29,258 nucleotides of DNA from Chlamydiota bacterium (GTDB lineage Bacteria; Auribacterota; Tritonobacteria; UBA1439): positions 1-29,258 of the forward strand of contig JBAXOY010000026.1 in assembly GCA_037133055.1 (NCBI GenBank), in the 5' to 3' direction. Made by a program: the position numbers and the translations under genes. The notes under the pieces are model-generated. The model saw nothing but the letters and a program-made list of their open reading frames with translations, did not search any database and was not told the origin of the DNA. Positions 25,757 to 29,258 of the stretch are shown in pieces (the stretch's first letter is position 1; every line of letters starts with the position of its first letter).

Positions 25757-25907
25757 CTTAAGATGTAGTGGTGTGATGTACGAAGGATCGTCTACATATG
25801 CCGGGCGGCCTTCCGCAGGCCACGCGGGGGGATGTGTTTTTTCAATTCCGTGACAATTCACACCCCGGATGATGGGATACTCGCGGCGAAAGCGGAGGGA
25901 TGTACCC

Positions 25908-28900
25908 ATGAGGGGTATGTCGAGGGTGTTGCGTCTGCTCGCAGTCGCGGCGTGTGCAGCGGCAGCGGCTTCCCCCGTCGCGGCCCAGACGCGGTATATG
26001 CGGGTGTACTACATTCAATATGTCCCTGAAGGCGACTCTTCAACCTACGGCGAGTGCCAGTACTACGAGTTCCCTGGGGCGGACGGAATCCTCGGCACCG
26101 CGGACGACCGCAACCTGCTGATCGACGGGGGCAGGGGCGCCTACGCCGCCGACGTGCTGTTCCCGTTCCTGGACAGCAAGATCGGCGCGGGCGGAACTCT
26201 CTGGTTCATGGCCAATTCTTCCGCGGGTGAAGACCATTACGACGGGCTCTGGGATGTGGCGAACCGGTACCAGGTCAAGAATTTCTACCAGAACCTTCTC
26301 TGGCCCGCGGGAGACAAGGGCTCCTACGACACTCTCATGGCCAAGCTCGACCTCGAGGGGTGCGGACCGAACTCCGCCGCCGGCCACTATTTCGAGGTGG
26401 ATTACGGCGATTATCTAAGTGGCCCCCTTTGCAATCGGCATCCTGCTGACAATCCCTATGGCTTCGACCCGTATGTCGAAGACAGGATTCTCGCCGCCAA
26501 GACAGGCCCCGGCAGCGGAGATGATAATTTTTATTCCGTGGTGCACCAGATACGGTGCGGGGAGAGCGTGTTTTTGAGCGGCGGCGACTCACCAACGACC
26601 GGCCCTGAAAACGGCATCCTGAACGGGAACCCCGCCTACTCCTATCCCGGCGCGGCCGCCGAGCTGGCCGATACGAATGTCTATAAGGTCCACCACCACG
26701 GGAGCAACACATCGAGCAGCCAGAACTTCCTAAACACGATGGGCCCCGACTACGCCGTGGCTCAGATGGCGTACGGCAATGGCCCCGGCACACACGACCA
26801 CCCCACCAAGGAGGCCCTCGGGCGCATTTGGACCTCCGGCGCCATCGTATACCGCAACGATCTCGATGGGACAGTGCTTTTCACCTGCGACAGCCTGGGC
26901 AACTACGACATCACCCGCACACGGGCCTACGTGGACGAGGCAACGACCCCAGGCGGATCGAATGAACTGGTCTTCCCGCCCCCCGGCATCCCGCAGAACC
27001 TGCACGTCACGGACGTCGCCCCGACCTCGGTCAGCCTCGACTGGGACGACATCCCCGGGGCGTACGGCTATGACGTCTTCCGATCCACCATCCAGGGCGG
27101 TGACCCGGGCGGCGGGATGCACGCGAACCCCGGCTGCGACGCCACGGGGATTTATCAGAAGTGCAACGAGTCGAACGTCTCGGTCTCCCAGTATATCGAC
27201 AACACCGCGCAACCAGGCGTTACCTACTACTACCGAGTCTCCTCGAAGATGGTGTACTCGGAGTCGGGGTACAGCGTCTGCTACGAGCGCCGGTACTCGA
27301 ACGAGGCGGCAAACTACATACCCACCCCTACCCCCACCGGCCCCACACCCACGCCGACCATTACACCGACACCCACCATCACGAACACGCCGACCATCAC
27401 TCCCACCGTCACGCCGACCCCCACCATCACGCCGACTCCGACCATCACACCCACGCCGACAATCACCCCCACGCGTCTGCCGGAGGGGGCGTGGCCCATG
27501 TTCCACCGCGACCCCGCGCACACAGGCTCGACCGCCTACCTCGGATCGCTCACCGGGGCGCTCGACTGGAGCTATTCCTTCGATGGCTCGATCTATTCAT
27601 CCCCCATCGTGGACTGCGACGGACAGGTGTACGCCGCCTCCTACCGGGGTGCCCTGTACGCGCTCCATTCGGATGGCGCGCTCCACTGGTCATTCCAGGC
27701 GGGCTCCTCCTACAGCATCTACGGCGCCCCCGCATGGGACCGCCACGGGATGGTGTATCTGGCTGGCGGCATCTCGAATACGCTCTATACCCTCGACAGC
27801 GCGGGGTCATTCGAGTGGAGTTATGTAACCGGCAATAGACTCTACGGCTCCCCCACGGTGACCGACGACGGGAGGGTCTATTTAGGCGCCTACGACAATC
27901 GCCTGTACGCCCTCACGAACACCGGGACCCTTGCCTGGAGCTACTATGCCGGGCGGTTCTACTACGGTTCCCCCTCGCTGTCCCCGCTTTCCGGGGATGT
28001 GTGCGTGGGTACGTCCCCGTCGCGGCTCTTCTCGTTGCGCTCCTCCGGCTCCCTGCGCTGGTCGTACAGGATCGGGGGTACCTGTTACTCGTCGATCGCC
28101 ATTGACGGCAACGGCTCCGTCTACGCGGGCGCGATCGACAACCGCCTCTACTCCCTCTCCTCCGGGGGGGCGCTTCGGTGGTCCTATGCCAGTGCCGACA
28201 CGATTTACCGTTCATCCCCCGCCATCGGACTCTCGGGCTCCGTCCTCATCGGCTCGGAGGATGCGAACCTGTATGCCCTCGGTTCCGGAGGCGCGCTCTC
28301 CTGGAGCTACAACACCGGCACCTATGTGGAGACGGCCCCGGCGATAGACGGGACCGGATATATCTACTTCGGGGCGGGGGACACGACCGGCATCTGCTTC
28401 TGCCTCACGCCCGACGGAGCCCTCGCATGGTCGTACCCCACCGCGGGAGACATGTTCTCCTCGCCCGCCATCGGCTTGGACGGCAGAGTGTTCATCGGCT
28501 CGCACGATGCGACGCTGTACGCGTTCAGCGGCGCGACCCCCCCCATCACCCCCACCCCCACCATCACCCCCACCGGCCCCACCCCCACCCCGACGATCAC
28601 GCCGACCCCCACTATCACCCGCACCCCCACCATCACCCGCACCCCCACCATCACCCGCACCCCCACCATCACCCGCACCCCCACGCGCACGCCGACGATC
28701 ACGAATACCCCGACGATCACCCCGACCGCGGGGGCCAACGCAGTGCGGGTCAACCAGGTCTGCCCGTTTTCGAGCCCCGGGGAGTACGTAGAACTCTACA
28801 ACACCACTGGCTCACCGGTGAACCTCAGCGGGTGGAAGCTCAACGTTTACAGCGGCGACTACACCTTCACCTCCTCCGACATCATTCCCGCGCACGGCTA

Positions 28901-29258
28901 CTTCCTCATCTCCGACACGGACCCCACGGGGAGCGTGACGCCGGACATCTTCACCGACATCGACATCACCGATAACGGGGCGAACAGCTTCGCGCAGCTT
29001 CTGAACGCCTCCTCCGTCGTGGTGGACACGGTGGGATGGGCATCCTCGTCGCTCTACGAGGGGACGATACTCGGGACGCTCGGGAGCGGCAAGGCGTGGA
29101 AGCGCACGACGGACGGCGGGGACACTAACAACAACCTGAACGACTTCTCCGCAATCACCCCGAATCCGCGGAACAGCGCCTACGGCATCCCGACGCCGAC
29201 GGTGACGCCGATGCCCACGGAAACTCCCACCTCCACGGCTACGCCTACCATCACGATG
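25908..29258 (+). CDS. Large secreted multidomain protein (3'-truncated): signal peptide, ComEC/Rec2-like MBL fold, FN3, Pro/Thr linker, PQQ/BamB-type beta-propeller, Pro/Thr linker, lamin-tail domain, Pro/Thr linker
   Basis: My translation from ATG 25908 (GGAGG SD) is open to the window end. MBL: LLIDGG, EDHYDGL, FLSGGD, YKVHHHGS, HDHPTKEAL, YRNDLDG. FN3: PQNLHVTDVAPTSVSLDW...YYYRV. Propeller: WPMFHRDPAHTG plus repeated SSPAI..DG.VY.G..D..LYAL...G.L.WSY. LTD: EYVELYNTTGSPVNLSGWKL. Confidence 0.9.
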   Translation, partial: MRGMSRVLRLLAVAACAAAAASPVAAQTRYMRVYYIQYVPEGDSSTYGECQYYEFPGADGILGTADDRNLLIDGGRGAYAADVLFPFLDSKIGAGGTLWFMANSSAGEDHYDGLWDVANRYQVKNFYQNLLWPAGDKGSYDTLMAKLDLEGCGPNSAAGHYFEVDYGDYLSGPLCNRHPADNPYGFDPYVEDRILAAKTGPGSGDDNFYSVVHQIRCGESVFLSGGDSPTTGPENGILNGNPAYSYPGAAAELADTNVYKVHHHGSNTSSSQNFLNTMGPDYAVAQMAYGNGPGTHDHPTKEALGRIWTSGAIVYRNDLDGTVLFTCDSLGNYDITRTRAYVDEATTPGGSNELVFPPPGIPQNLHVTDVAPTSVSLDWDDIPGAYGYDVFRSTIQGGDPGGGMHANPGCDATGIYQKCNESNVSVSQYIDNTAQPGVTYYYRVSSKMVYSESGYSVCYERRYSNEAANYIPTPTPTGPTPTPTITPTPTITNTPTITPTVTPTPTITPTPTITPTPTITPTRLPEGAWPMFHRDPAHTGSTAYLGSLTGALDWSYSFDGSIYSSPIVDCDGQVYAASYRGALYALHSDGALHWSFQAGSSYSIYGAPAWDRHGMVYLAGGISNTLYTLDSAGSFEWSYVTGNRLYGSPTVTDDGRVYLGAYDNRLYALTNTGTLAWSYYAGRFYYGSPSLSPLSGDVCVGTSPSRLFSLRSSGSLRWSYRIGGTCYSSIAIDGNGSVYAGAIDNRLYSLSSGGALRWSYASADTIYRSSPAIGLSGSVLIGSEDANLYALGSGGALSWSYNTGTYVETAPAIDGTGYIYFGAGDTTGICFCLTPDGALAWSYPTAGDMFSSPAIGLDGRVFIGSHDATLYAFSGATPPITPTPTITPTGPTPTPTITPTPTITRTPTITRTPTITRTPTITRTPTRTPTITNTPTITPTAGANAVRVNQVCPFSSPGEYVELYNTTGSPVNLSGWKLNVYSGDYTFTSSDIIPAHGYFLISDTDPTGSVTPDIFTDIDITDNGANSFAQLLNASSVVVDTVGWASSSLYEGTILGTLGSGKAWKRTTDGGDTNNNLNDFSAITPNPRNSAYGIPTPTVTPMPTETPTSTATPTITM
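27321..27473 (+). repeat. Coding Pro/Thr linker repeat (PTPTIT-type)
   Basis: Encodes PTPTPTGPTPTPTITPTPTITNTPTIT... with degenerate 18-bp periodicity. Confidence 0.85.
28536..28730 (+). repeat. Coding Pro/Thr linker with 18-bp tandem repeat (PTITRT)x4
   Basis: CCCACCATCACCCGCACC repeated at 28608-28679; three copies are exact and one has a single mismatch. Confidence 0.9.

Noticed and set aside
25757..25907. Long leader before the giant exoprotein as a possible ncRNA or c-di-GMP riboswitch
   Set aside because: No recognisable consensus; only short inverted repeats.

Overview
GC-rich bacterial chromosomal segment that is mostly housekeeping. It opens with a partial putative nucleotidyltransferase and a phosphoribosyltransferase-fold gene. 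A minus-strand unit follows: Ddl-like ATP-grasp gene, aroA, aroC, aroE. Next come small secreted proteins, a DksA/TraR-family protein and an HTH-PTS IIA protein, then an operon of RHH regulator, second Ddl-like ATP-grasp ligase, GNAT and lysine 2,3-aminomutase (kamA). The rest comprises a P13/DUF5683-like membrane protein, an Mla/MCE ABC locus with a GT-B glycosyltransferase-like gene, rnc, ilvD-ilvB-ilvN-ilvC-leuA, pilD, and a large secreted multidomain protein (ComEC-like MBL fold, FN3, PQQ-type propeller, lamin-tail domain, Pro/Thr linkers). That last gene runs off the window and is missing from the ORF track. Most notable: (1) the kamA, two non-canonical ATP-grasp ligases, GNAT and RHH form a candidate beta-lysine peptide/solute pathway; (2) at least seven intergenic spacers are short tandem repeats of period 6-9, several folding into hairpins; (3) rnc has no stop codon and reads in frame into ilvD across a small out-of-frame gene; (4) AroC and the MBL domain have altered catalytic motifs. 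I saw no tRNA, rRNA, CRISPR array or transposase. All family calls come from reading motifs by eye, not from database searches.
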